Shown piece after piece: positions 56,560-64,000 of a stretch of DNA of 64,000 bases. Every line of letters starts with the position of its first letter. Positions within the stretch are counted from its first letter, which is position 1. A model generated the notes under the pieces. It saw nothing but the letters and a program-made list of their open reading frames with translations. It ran no database searches and had not been told where the DNA came from. The position numbers were made by a program, and so were the translations under genes. Source of the DNA: Atopobiaceae bacterium UBA1367 (GTDB taxonomy: Bacteria; Actinomycetota; Coriobacteriia; Coriobacteriales; Atopobiaceae); the NCBI GenBank assembly GCA_002305995.1, contig DBRN01000011.1, positions 93,628-157,627 of the forward strand, read 5' to 3'.

Positions 56560-58050
56560 TTAGCGCGTGATCGTCTCGTTCCAGCCGGGCAGGTCGAGCA
56601 CGGGCGCCTCGGCGGTGGCGTACATCTGCGCCATGGTGTCTGCCATGGGGTAGACGGTGCCCGTGGCCGACAGCGTGCATGCCACCCGCAGGTCTGCCGC
56701 CTCGGGGCAGAACCAGCGCGAGGCGAAGGTCTCGGCGCCTCCGTTGGCGAAGATCTCCACGACGGAGCCGTCGACCAGCACACGCAGGTCGTCCAGCCCG
56801 TCGAGGGGAATGGAGCGGCTCGTGCGTCCGGCGGACGATGCTTCGTCGAGGTAGCGGACGCCCAGACGTCCGTGCTCGTAGAACACCTGGAAGCTGCCGT
56901 CGAGCGTGAGCGCGCCCTCACCCTCGATGCCCGTGAGCACGATGTCGGCCATGCGCCCTGCGACGATCGTCTCGCCGCTCAGCGCCCGCCCGTCCCCACG
57001 TAGCCCCTCCAGCTCGGGCACGGGGACCTGGAGGATGCGCCCGTCGGGGCGGCGCGAGAGCAGGCGCGGCACCGTCGTGCAGTGCCACCACGCGAGCCCG
57101 TCGGGGACGGAGGTGTAGTGGTCGTCAAAGGTGCCCATCCACCCCACGAGGATGGTGCGACCGGCATCGTCCACGAAGGTCTGTGGGGCGTAGAAGTCGT
57201 GGCCGAAGTCCCACTGCACGAAGCCGCGCTCGTCAATGGTGTCGGTGTCGATCAGGCGCTGGCCCTCCGGCAGCTCGAAGTAGCCGGGCGTCCAGCGGTT
57301 GAACCAACGATCCCGCAGGCGCGGCAGGCCTTGCGGTGAGATGGCGAGGTACTCGCGACCATCGAGGCTCACCACGTTGGGGCACTCCCAGACGAAGCCA
57401 AAGGGGTACTCCGACTCGATGGCGTGGCTGAAGGTCCAGCTGATGCCGTCTTCGGAGTCGTACAGCAGGCACAGGCCGCGCGTGTCCTCGTGGCGCCCGC
57501 CCAGCAGCATGCGACGCCTGCCGTCCTGCTCCCAGACCTTGGGGTCGCGCACGTGACAGCTGCAGTATGCGGGGTAGTCGGCATTGCGCAGCAGCACCTG
57601 CTTGGGCCCAAGGCGCAGGGCGCCCGGAGGCCCGTCTGGGTCCGGCGTCGCCACGCAGGTGATCGTGTTCTGCTCCCGGCCCGCGTAGACGTAGTCGAAG
57701 TCCTTGGGGCTGTGCCCGGGCACGGGGTCAACCACGTTGCCGGTGTAGTAGAGGCGCAGGACGTCCTCGCCGGACGGCCCGGCGTCGCGCTCCACGAAGG
57801 CGCTGCCGCTGAACACGCCATGGCGATCTTCGGGGATCGACGGCTGGATGGGCACGCCCTCGTACCTCCAATGGACGAGGTCGGGGGAGCTGAAGAGCCC
57901 CCACGCCTTCTGGTCCACTGTGGGCCAGTCGTGATCGTACTGGTAGAAGACGTAGTAACGCCCGCGGAACTGGCACAGCCCGTTGGGGTCGTTGAGCCAG
58001 TTGCGCGGGGAACGCAGGTGAAAGCCGACCTCCCAGCTCCTGTTGGGCAT
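56560..58050 (-). CDS. GH32 beta-fructofuranosidase / sucrose-6-phosphate hydrolase paralogue
   Basis: WLNDPNGLCQFRGRYYVFYQY, RDPKV and WECPN motifs. The start MPNRSWE is preceded by GAGAGGAG. Confidence 0.88.
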   Translation of the reverse strand: MPNRSWEVGFHLRSPRNWLNDPNGLCQFRGRYYVFYQYDHDWPTVDQKAWGLFSSPDLVHWRYEGVPIQPSIPEDRHGVFSGSAFVERDAGPSGEDVLRLYYTGNVVDPVPGHSPKDFDYVYAGREQNTITCVATPDPDGPPGALRLGPKQVLLRNADYPAYCSCHVRDPKVWEQDGRRRMLLGGRHEDTRGLCLLYDSEDGISWTFSHAIESEYPFGFVWECPNVVSLDGREYLAISPQGLPRLRDRWFNRWTPGYFELPEGQRLIDTDTIDERGFVQWDFGHDFYAPQTFVDDAGRTILVGWMGTFDDHYTSVPDGLAWWHCTTVPRLLSRRPDGRILQVPVPELEGLRGDGRALSGETIVAGRMADIVLTGIEGEGALTLDGSFQVFYEHGRLGVRYLDEASSAGRTSRSIPLDGLDDLRVLVDGSVVEIFANGGAETFASRWFCPEAADLRVACTLSATGTVYPMADTMAQMYATAEAPVLDLPGWNETITR

Positions 58051-58120
58051 TGGTCTCCTCTCGGCGTGGCGTGCGGGCATAGGTCGAGGATATGCCTTGC
58101 GCGTGCGGGTCTGGCCGTGC

Positions 58121-58135
58121 GGGAACGATTTCACA
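58121..58135 (-). promoter_or_regulatory. candidate LacI-family (ScrR) operator, site 2
   Basis: The minus strand reads TGTGAAATCGTTCCC, 71-85 nt upstream of the GH32 start. Confidence 0.35.
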
Positions 58136-58241
58136 CGATTTGCTCGGGGAGCGGGGGAAGACCGTGCGATGGGATGTACCCTTCACGCCCGCTCGCGCGA
58201 ACTGCGATCCCCGCTGCCGGGTTGGCCCAACGTGTATATGG

Positions 58242-58720
58242 GGCGGGCGGAGAGGGCTCGACCGTGCGAGGGTGTGGCCGGTGACGGAAAGGGTTTTGCC
58301 GAGTTGTGCGGGGCGCGGGCCTCGGTCGGAAAGGGAATCGCCGAGTTGTGCGTGGTGGCTCCCCATGCCGGAAAGAAAAACGCCGAGTTGTGAGAGAGGA
58401 CGACCGCCCCTGGAAAGGAAAAGCCCGAGTTGTGCGCGCCGTACCTCCCTGCCGGAAAGGAAACACCCGAGTTGTGAGAGCCAGCGGGGTCACAACTCGA
58501 CAAAACCCTTTCCGCCACCGGCCACAAGATCGCACAACTCGACAAAACCCTTTCCGCCACGGGCCCAGACCCCGCACAACTCGGGGATTCCCTTTCCGGC
58601 TGAGGCCCGCGCCCCGCACAACTCGGGGATTCCCTTTCCGGCAGAGGCCCGCATCCCGCACAACTTGGGGTTTTCCTTTCCATCGTTGACCCAGCTGCCT
58701 CACAAGTTGGGAAAGAGACC
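58242..58720. repeat. head-to-head arrays of the 42-bp repeat (5-6 + 5-6 units), locus 2
   Basis: GGAAAGG/GGAAAGA starts at 58286, 58328, 58370, 58412 and 58454. CCTTTCC starts at 58507, 58549, 58591, 58633 and 58675. All spacings are 42 bp. Degenerate terminal units occur near 58246 and 58698. Confidence 0.92.
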
Positions 58721-58914
58721 GTCGCCCATCTCCCGGCACCCATCGGCATCCCTCACATGTCGCATCATCCCGCCACTACCTATGCGGCACCCCCGAGCTT
58801 GCCGACGGAAACCCGCGGAGACCACCGATGGGCCTGCCTTCCAGGTCGCTTCGCGAGACGAGTCTGTGGGACCTCCTCGATATGAGGCGCCCGACGGGTG
58901 CGCCCAACAGGGGA

Positions 58915-59006
58915 GGGGCATTCCTCCCTGATGAGGGGTCCCCCGCAACCACGAGAGCGGCGGCAATCGTCGAGAGTGGGGCGTCCCTACCTGATGAGGG
59001 GTCCCC
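58915..59006. repeat. 29-nt direct repeat x2, 63-bp period, proximal copy covering a gene's stop codon
   Basis: GGGGCATTCCTCCCTGATGAGGGGTCCCC (58915-58943) and GGGGCGTCCCTACCTGATGAGGGGTCCCC (58978-59006) are 26/29 identical. The second encodes the ..GRGPLIR* end of the ACT-MBL gene. Confidence 0.8.
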
Positions 59007-60396
59007 TGCCGGGGCAGATCGTGTACCCGTCGAGCTTGTGGCGAAGCTGCCCGCGAATGCGGCCGGCGAGATCGGGCTTGGTGTCGTAGCTGGCGCGCAG
59101 GTGTGGTTGCAGGTCGAGGAAGGTGCGCTGCAGGTCCGTGAGCCCTGTGTCGTTGACGAGCAGGTCGCCGGTGAAGGCAACCCGCAGCTCGGGGCAGGTG
59201 ATGATGGTCTCGCCGCGCGCATGGCCCCCAGCCCCCTCGATGATCCTGAGGTTCCAGTCGCCGAAGCGCATGCTGCCGATGGTCTCGAGGGGGTCGTCGC
59301 CACTGCGGCCACCTATGACGACACAGCGCCCAAGCTGCGGCGTCTCATAGCGCGAGAGGATCTTGGTGAGCGTGTTGTAGGGGGCGTGCATGGGATTGCG
59401 CTCGCGATAGCTCGCCCGGCCCTTGTGCTCGTTGACGAAGTTCGAGTAGCAGGTGCGGTTGAGGTAGACGGTGTCGAAGAGGCGCAGGAGCCCTGCGGCA
59501 TCGATGTCGGGGTGGGTGATGAGCGCGCTCTTGCGCCTGAAGGAGAAGTCGCCGAAGAGGTCGTCGAGCAGCGTGTGCATCTCGTTCTCGAAGCACCCAA
59601 GGCCGCAGTCGACGAACAGCAGCGCGCCGTAGTACTCCAGGATGTAGGTGTTGTCGCCAAAGGGCGGCTCGATGACGTGCATGGTGAGCCTGTCCGCGAG
59701 CCTGTGGCGCGTGACCGTGGCCTTGAAGTCGCGACCGCTGTTCTCGACGATGAGTTCGGCGAAGCGCTGGATCCGGCCGAAGACCTCCTTCGGTGACTCG
59801 TCGCGCTTGTCGACCACCTGCATGACCTTGTTGGCCTGTGCGAGCGCGCCGTTCGTCTCCTCCTGCGAGAGGCCGAGCGTCTCACGCAGCGTGTTGGCAA
59901 AGGTGACGTAGAAGATGGTGCTGTCGAGGAGTCGATCGGTCGCCTCGTAGTCGAGGACGCGCACCTCGCAGATCTTGGAGAGGTCATCGAGCAGGCCCTT
60001 GATCTCGGCGGTGTTCTCGACGAGCAGGCCCATCTTGAAGTTCTGGTAGGGGGTGCCGTTCTCCTGCGAGTTGATGTAGGGGATGTTGACCTCGTGGCGC
60101 TTGATGACCTCGAGCGTGGGAAGCAGCGCGCCGGGAACGTCGGGCAGGACGAGCTCGATGAGGATGATCTGCCGCATGCCCGGGTCATCCACGAGGTACT
60201 CGATGTCCTTGAGGCGGTCGGAGATGAGCTCCTGCTGCTCCTCGGTGGCGTCGACCTCGATGAGCAGCGTCCGCGTGTCGACCGCGCGGTTGTAGTTGAC
60301 GCGGACGATGTTGCCGCCGCACTCGGCGATGGCCTTGCTGGCGGTGAGGAAGGCGCCAGCCTGGTCGGGCATGTTGGTGATGTAGGTCTTGCGCAT
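58987..60396 (-). CDS. ACT-ACT-MBL-fold hydrolase fusion protein
   Basis: Two N-terminal ACT-like units (ITNMPDQAGAFLTASKAIAECGGNIVRV... and ELVLPDVPGALLPTLEVIKRHEVNI...) are followed by an MBL-like domain (LITHPDIDAAG, GGHARGE). The start MRKTYI was chosen. Confidence 0.75.
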   Translation of the reverse strand: MRKTYITNMPDQAGAFLTASKAIAECGGNIVRVNYNRAVDTRTLLIEVDATEEQQELISDRLKDIEYLVDDPGMRQIILIELVLPDVPGALLPTLEVIKRHEVNIPYINSQENGTPYQNFKMGLLVENTAEIKGLLDDLSKICEVRVLDYEATDRLLDSTIFYVTFANTLRETLGLSQEETNGALAQANKVMQVVDKRDESPKEVFGRIQRFAELIVENSGRDFKATVTRHRLADRLTMHVIEPPFGDNTYILEYYGALLFVDCGLGCFENEMHTLLDDLFGDFSFRRKSALITHPDIDAAGLLRLFDTVYLNRTCYSNFVNEHKGRASYRERNPMHAPYNTLTKILSRYETPQLGRCVVIGGRSGDDPLETIGSMRFGDWNLRIIEGAGGHARGETIITCPELRVAFTGDLLVNDTGLTDLQRTFLDLQPHLRASYDTKPDLAGRIRGQLRHKLDGYTICPGRGPLIR

Positions 60397-60546
60397 GGGA
60401 TCCCCCCGGTGGCCTTGGTTTGTACGATGATAGGCCATTCGGGCGGATTGTCGGCTTTGGTAGCGGTTTGGAAACGAGAGGTACGACGGGCGTGCCCGGC
60501 AGCTGCGCGCGCGACGGGCAGGGGCTGACGTGCAGCCCCCGCAAAA

Positions 60547-60635
60547 CTGACCACAACATCTTCGTATGAGAGATCGGGAGAATTTTTACCTGTCATTTCA
60601 GTTTTATGAAGCTCTGAGAAAGATGTTGTGATCAG
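60547..60635. repeat. 16-bp inverted repeat bracketing an AT-rich island
   Basis: CTGACCACAACATCTT (60547-60562) and AAGATGTTGTGATCAG (60620-60635) have 1 mismatch. The 57-nt AT-rich loop lies upstream of the ACT-MBL gene. Confidence 0.75.
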
Positions 60636-60648
60636 TCTCACCGGCCTC

Positions 60649-60722
60649 GCGACAGGTGGGGTCCTGCTGCCGAGACGGGCGGCCTTGCGACAGGTGGGGT
60701 CTTGCCGCCGAGACGGGTGGCC
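60649..60722. repeat. ~38-bp tandem repeat x2 (each built of two ~19-bp sub-repeats)
   Basis: GCGACAGGTGGGGTCCTGCTGCCGAGACGGGCGGCCT and GCGACAGGTGGGGTCTTGCCGCCGAGACGGGTGGCCT lie immediately downstream of the lipoprotein gene. Confidence 0.8.
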
Positions 60723-60743
60723 TCCCGAGAGGGTTCCCTCGCG

Positions 60744-62042
60744 TCAGCCCTGCGCCCCCATCGGCCCGCCCTCGGGAGCGCCGCCACCCATCGGACCTCC
60801 CATGCCCCTGTCGCCGCCCATCATCATCGAGTTGGCGATGCTCGTCACCTCCTCGCCATTGACACGGATGGTGCCACCCGTGAACGACGAGCTGCCGTCG
60901 AAGTCGAAGGCGAACTGTGCGGAGATGTCGATGGTGCCGCCGCTCACGATGAGGTCCCCGTTGGCATCGAGCGCGTCGGTGTCGCCGGCCGCCATGGTGA
61001 TGGTCACGTCGCCGCCGGTGATCTCGATGATGGGGGTTCCCATGCTGGCGGACTTGGAGGTGGCGTTGATGCCGTCGTCGCTGGCGCTGATGTCGATGTC
61101 TCCACCATTCACCTGCACGTAGGTGGCCTCGAGCGCCTCTTGGGCCTCGATGGAGAGACTGCCGCCATCTATCTGGAGGATCGTGGTCGCCCGGATGCCG
61201 TCATCGGATGCCGCGATGTCGAAGGTGCCCCCGCAGACGTAGACGTAGCCCAGGGTGTCGTCATCGTCGTTCTCGGCATGCAGGCCGTCCTTGCCTGCGG
61301 TGATGTCAAACGACCCGTCGGCGATGCGGATGGAATCGTGTGCCTCGAGGGCGTCCGAGGTGGCGGAGACGACGTAGGTGCCACCGGTGATCGTGAGGTC
61401 GTCGTGGCTGGACACGCCGTTGTCGGTGGAGGTGACGACCAGCGTCCCCTGGCCGTTGAGCACGAGGTCGTCCTTCGAGAAGATGGCGGCGTCCGCGCCC
61501 GTGCCCCCATCGTCGACGAAGGCGCCCGTGACCTCCAGGACGTTGGTGGTGCCCTCGACCGTGGTCACAAAGACCTTGTCGGCGCTGATCACGCAGATGG
61601 CAGGGGCGTCCTCGTTGGAGATGCTCGCGCCATCGAGCACGAGCTGCACCTTCTCGGTGTCTGCGACGTTCACGGTGACGGTCACGTCAGTCACGTCGCC
61701 GCCGATGACATACACGCCCTCCTCGGTGATGCGGACGTCCTCGCCGCTGGTCAGCGTAAGGTGCGTGGCGTCGGTGGTGTCTGCTACCTGGGTCAGGTCG
61801 CGCTCGGTGAAGAGGTCGGTGGCGTCGATGGCGCCGCCGGAGGTGACGTTGGCGGCAGTGACCGAGGCGGCGTCTGCCTCCCCGCCGCTGCCGGAGGGCT
61901 CTGCCGACGCAGCTTCGGTGGTCTCCTGGGCCGCACCGCTGGTGGCGGGGGATGTCCCGCAGGCGGTCAGGGCAATCGTCAGGGCCGCAGCGAGCAATCC
62001 TGCGCCACCCAGCCTGACGATGGTGTGATCGAGGGCGCTCAT
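60744..62042 (-). CDS. lipoprotein with Cthe_2159-like (beta-helix, carbohydrate-binding-type) repeats and a Gly/Met-rich tail
   Basis: Signal peptide plus lipobox (LTIALTAC). Repeated motifs G.(I/V).I.GG...I....DG(I/L)... occur throughout. The C-terminus is MMMGGDRGMGGPMGGGAPEGGPMGAQG. Confidence 0.72.
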   Translation of the reverse strand: MSALDHTIVRLGGAGLLAAALTIALTACGTSPATSGAAQETTEAASAEPSGSGGEADAASVTAANVTSGGAIDATDLFTERDLTQVADTTDATHLTLTSGEDVRITEEGVYVIGGDVTDVTVTVNVADTEKVQLVLDGASISNEDAPAICVISADKVFVTTVEGTTNVLEVTGAFVDDGGTGADAAIFSKDDLVLNGQGTLVVTSTDNGVSSHDDLTITGGTYVVSATSDALEAHDSIRIADGSFDITAGKDGLHAENDDDDTLGYVYVCGGTFDIAASDDGIRATTILQIDGGSLSIEAQEALEATYVQVNGGDIDISASDDGINATSKSASMGTPIIEITGGDVTITMAAGDTDALDANGDLIVSGGTIDISAQFAFDFDGSSSFTGGTIRVNGEEVTSIANSMMMGGDRGMGGPMGGGAPEGGPMGAQG

Positions 62043-62329
62043 GAGACTGCCTCCTTGGGCTTGTCGTGTCCCTTGTCAGGCACCAGCCTAAGGGACGAGC
62101 CTGAAGGGATGCTGAACGCCTGGGACCCATCACAGCCTGCGCGACATCCTGAGCGGGCTTTCAGGTTGGGAGAGGGGCCGCCGGGGTCGCTGCCGCGGAG
62201 TCGGGTCCGGACTCAGGGTGCCGATCGTTGAGGGGGGCTTTGCCATCTCCGAGCCACGGGGCGCAGGCGGGGCGATTCTCCTATACTTCAGGCGTCGCAC
62301 CCACGAAGCTCCCCAAGGAGGCCTGACCC

Positions 62330-63697
62330 ATGTCCATCAGATCGGCCGCGGCGATTGCGGCCTGCAAGGCAAGCTATCGCGTGATGCGCCTGCTGGGTCG
62401 CACGGCACGCGCCCTGCCGGGAATGATCGCGCTCAAGATCGACCCGAACATCATCGACAGGCTGTCCCGCGGGCACAGGGCCATCGCCATCACGGGCACC
62501 AACGGCAAGACGACAACGACGCACGTCGTCCAGCAGGCGGTCATCAACACCTATGGGACCGCAGCCTATGACCCCTCGTCGACCAACCTCGCGCAGGGCA
62601 TCGCCACGACGCTCTGTCTCGACAGCACGCTTTCCGGCAGGCGCATGAGCGACTGGGCCGTCATCGAGTGCGACGAGGGCGCGACCAAGGTGCTGCTGCC
62701 GGCCACGAGGCCGCAGGTCCTGGTGGTCACCAACCTCTATCGCGACCAGGTCGACCGCTACACCAGCTGGACCACGGCTCGCGACTACATCATCAAGGCG
62801 GCCCAGGCCAGCCCCGACACCGTGCTCGTGCTGGACGCCGACTGCCAGGTGACCGCCTCCATCGCGGATGCCGTGAGCAACGAGGTGGTGTGGTTTGGCG
62901 TGGAGTGCCCCGTCTACGAGGAGGGCATCGGTGACTTCGACGAGCACGTCGCCTGCGTCGACTGCGGCACGGAGCTGGAGTTTGGCACCCGCACCTTCGC
63001 GCACCTGGGCGACTACAGCTGTCCGGGCTGCGGCCGCACGCACCACGAGGCGGACATCGCGTGCACCAGGATAGAGAACCGGCGCGAGAGGAGCTGCACG
63101 CTCACGCTGCGCATCAACGGTGTGGAACAGGTGGTCGAGGCCAACGTGCGCGCCGGCTACGATGTGTACAACGCCGTGGCCGCCGTCGCCGGCCTGCTCG
63201 CGACGGGCATGCCCGAGCAGGACGTGTTCCGCGCGCTTGCCCGCTTCACGCATGCTGCGCATCGCTTCGAGATCTTCGACGTCGATGGCACGCCCACGCG
63301 CCTGCTGCTCATGAAGAACACGGCTGGCTGCAACCAGCTCATCAACATGCTCGTCTCCGAGGGGCAGCTGCCCCAGCACCTCGTCTGCCTGCTGGCGGCG
63401 GAGATCATGGACGGGCTCTCCACGGAGTGGATACAGGACGTCCGGTGGGAGCGGTTGTGCGGCCCCGACACGCAGGTCATCGTCGGTGGTCCCAAGTACG
63501 CCGACATGCGCGATCGCCTGCTGCGCGCCGGCGTCCAGGGGCACCGCATGCGCGTCCAGACCGACTATGCCGCGCTCGTGCGCGACATCGCCGCCATCGG
63601 CGAGCCGGTGACCGTCATCGCGAACTGCTCGACCATCGAGGCGCTGCGCCTCGAGCTGGTGAAGGGATACCAACCCGTCGACTACTGGTCGGAGTAG
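62330..63697 (+). CDS. murT: lipid II isoglutaminyl synthase subunit MurT (Mur-ligase family)
   Basis: ITGTNGKTTTT P-loop, a CxxC...CPGC zinc ribbon (CVDCGTELEF...YSCPGCG) and a C-terminal DUF1727-like region. The N-terminus resembles characterised MurT. Confidence 0.85.
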   Translation: MSIRSAAAIAACKASYRVMRLLGRTARALPGMIALKIDPNIIDRLSRGHRAIAITGTNGKTTTTHVVQQAVINTYGTAAYDPSSTNLAQGIATTLCLDSTLSGRRMSDWAVIECDEGATKVLLPATRPQVLVVTNLYRDQVDRYTSWTTARDYIIKAAQASPDTVLVLDADCQVTASIADAVSNEVVWFGVECPVYEEGIGDFDEHVACVDCGTELEFGTRTFAHLGDYSCPGCGRTHHEADIACTRIENRRERSCTLTLRINGVEQVVEANVRAGYDVYNAVAAVAGLLATGMPEQDVFRALARFTHAAHRFEIFDVDGTPTRLLLMKNTAGCNQLINMLVSEGQLPQHLVCLLAAEIMDGLSTEWIQDVRWERLCGPDTQVIVGGPKYADMRDRLLRAGVQGHRMRVQTDYAALVRDIAAIGEPVTVIANCSTIEALRLELVKGYQPVDYWSE

Positions 63698-63698
63698 C

Positions 63699-63787
63699 CT
63701 TCGGTCCGTGTGCGGTCGGGAGGTGCCTGGGTCGATTGCGGAGAGCGTCCTCAGCGCCGCTTCGGTTCGTGTGCGGACGGGGGGTGC
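63699..63787 (+). repeat. 28-nt direct repeat / 33-nt spacer / 28-nt direct repeat, starting 2 nt after the murT stop
   Basis: CTTCGGTCCGTGTGCGGTCGGGAGGTGC (63699-63726) and CTTCGGTTCGTGTGCGGACGGGGGGTGC (63760-63787) are 25/28 identical. Confidence 0.8.
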
Positions 63788-63922
63788 GCCTCCTGCCGCA
63801 CGCGACGCGGCCAGCCGCTCCCGTTAAGGAAACCGAAAGGTCTGGCGCGAGTTCGGGAAAGGTGCACCCCCTATCCTGAGACCATGCACGACCCGAATTG
63901 GTTCCCAACAAGGAGGTACACC

Positions 63923-64000
63923 ATGTGGACCAGAGGAGAACTCAAGACCAAGGCCAAGGGGTCGCTCAAGGCCAACTACTGGAAGGCGGTGCTCGTCGCG
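63923..64000 (+). CDS. DUF975-like membrane protein (5' end only; runs off the window)
   Basis: AAGGAGG SD, then MWTRGELKTKAKGSLKANYWKAVLVA, an N-terminus typical of DUF975 proteins. Confidence 0.5.
   Translation, partial: MWTRGELKTKAKGSLKANYWKAVLVA

Noticed and set aside
32527-58241. The 26-kb interval between the two 42-bp array loci considered as a mobile or genomic island
   Set aside because: There is no integrase, transposase, conjugation or phage gene and no tRNA boundary. The content is ordinary metabolism and transport, including the essential plsY. The flanking repeats may still mediate rearrangements, but island status is unsupported.

Overview
High-GC bacterial chromosomal window. 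Gene content and signals suggest an anaerobic, saccharolytic Actinomycetota, possibly Coriobacteriia-like, but this is inference only. Most of the window is core or sugar metabolism. Left to right: a small XRE regulator; the prs-glmU operon; tRNA-Gln; a peptidoglycan-binding protein; a polyprenyl synthase with galE; an orphan barstar next to a decayed RNase toxin; a DUF559-like gene bracketed by two 81-bp palindromic elements; a metF / split-metH operon; a Pth2-type hydrolase; murI; a GGGtGRT/NifU-like gene pair; leuA; a complete T-box-controlled trpEGDCFBA operon; HAD and Cof phosphatases; a GH1 6-phospho-beta-glucosidase; a GntR-ABC module; mgtA with a structured leader; ROK, AraC and EamA genes; plsY; a sucrose cluster (scrR, PTS EIIBCA, scrK, two GH32 enzymes, sucrose phosphorylase); an ACT-ACT-MBL protein; a beta-helix lipoprotein; and murT.

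I saw no cas gene, integrase, transposase or phage gene. The unusual content is mostly non-coding.

(1) Two loci, about 32.0-32.5 kb and 58.2-58.7 kb, each consist of head-to-head arrays of an exactly 42-bp phased repeat and form quasi-palindromes of about 0.5 kb.
(2) Five intergenic or gene-end loci have 28-30-nt direct repeats separated by 31-34 nt. The period is 61-63 bp, which is CRISPR repeat-spacer unit geometry, but the repeat sequences differ between loci.
(3) An 81-bp palindromic element occurs twice, flanking a single gene next to a dead barnase-like toxin and a live barstar.
(4) A 38-codon hydrophobic peptide gene has a sequestered SD and its own terminator, resembling a type I toxin.

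All calls come from reading the sequence and ORF translations. No searches or statistics were run.
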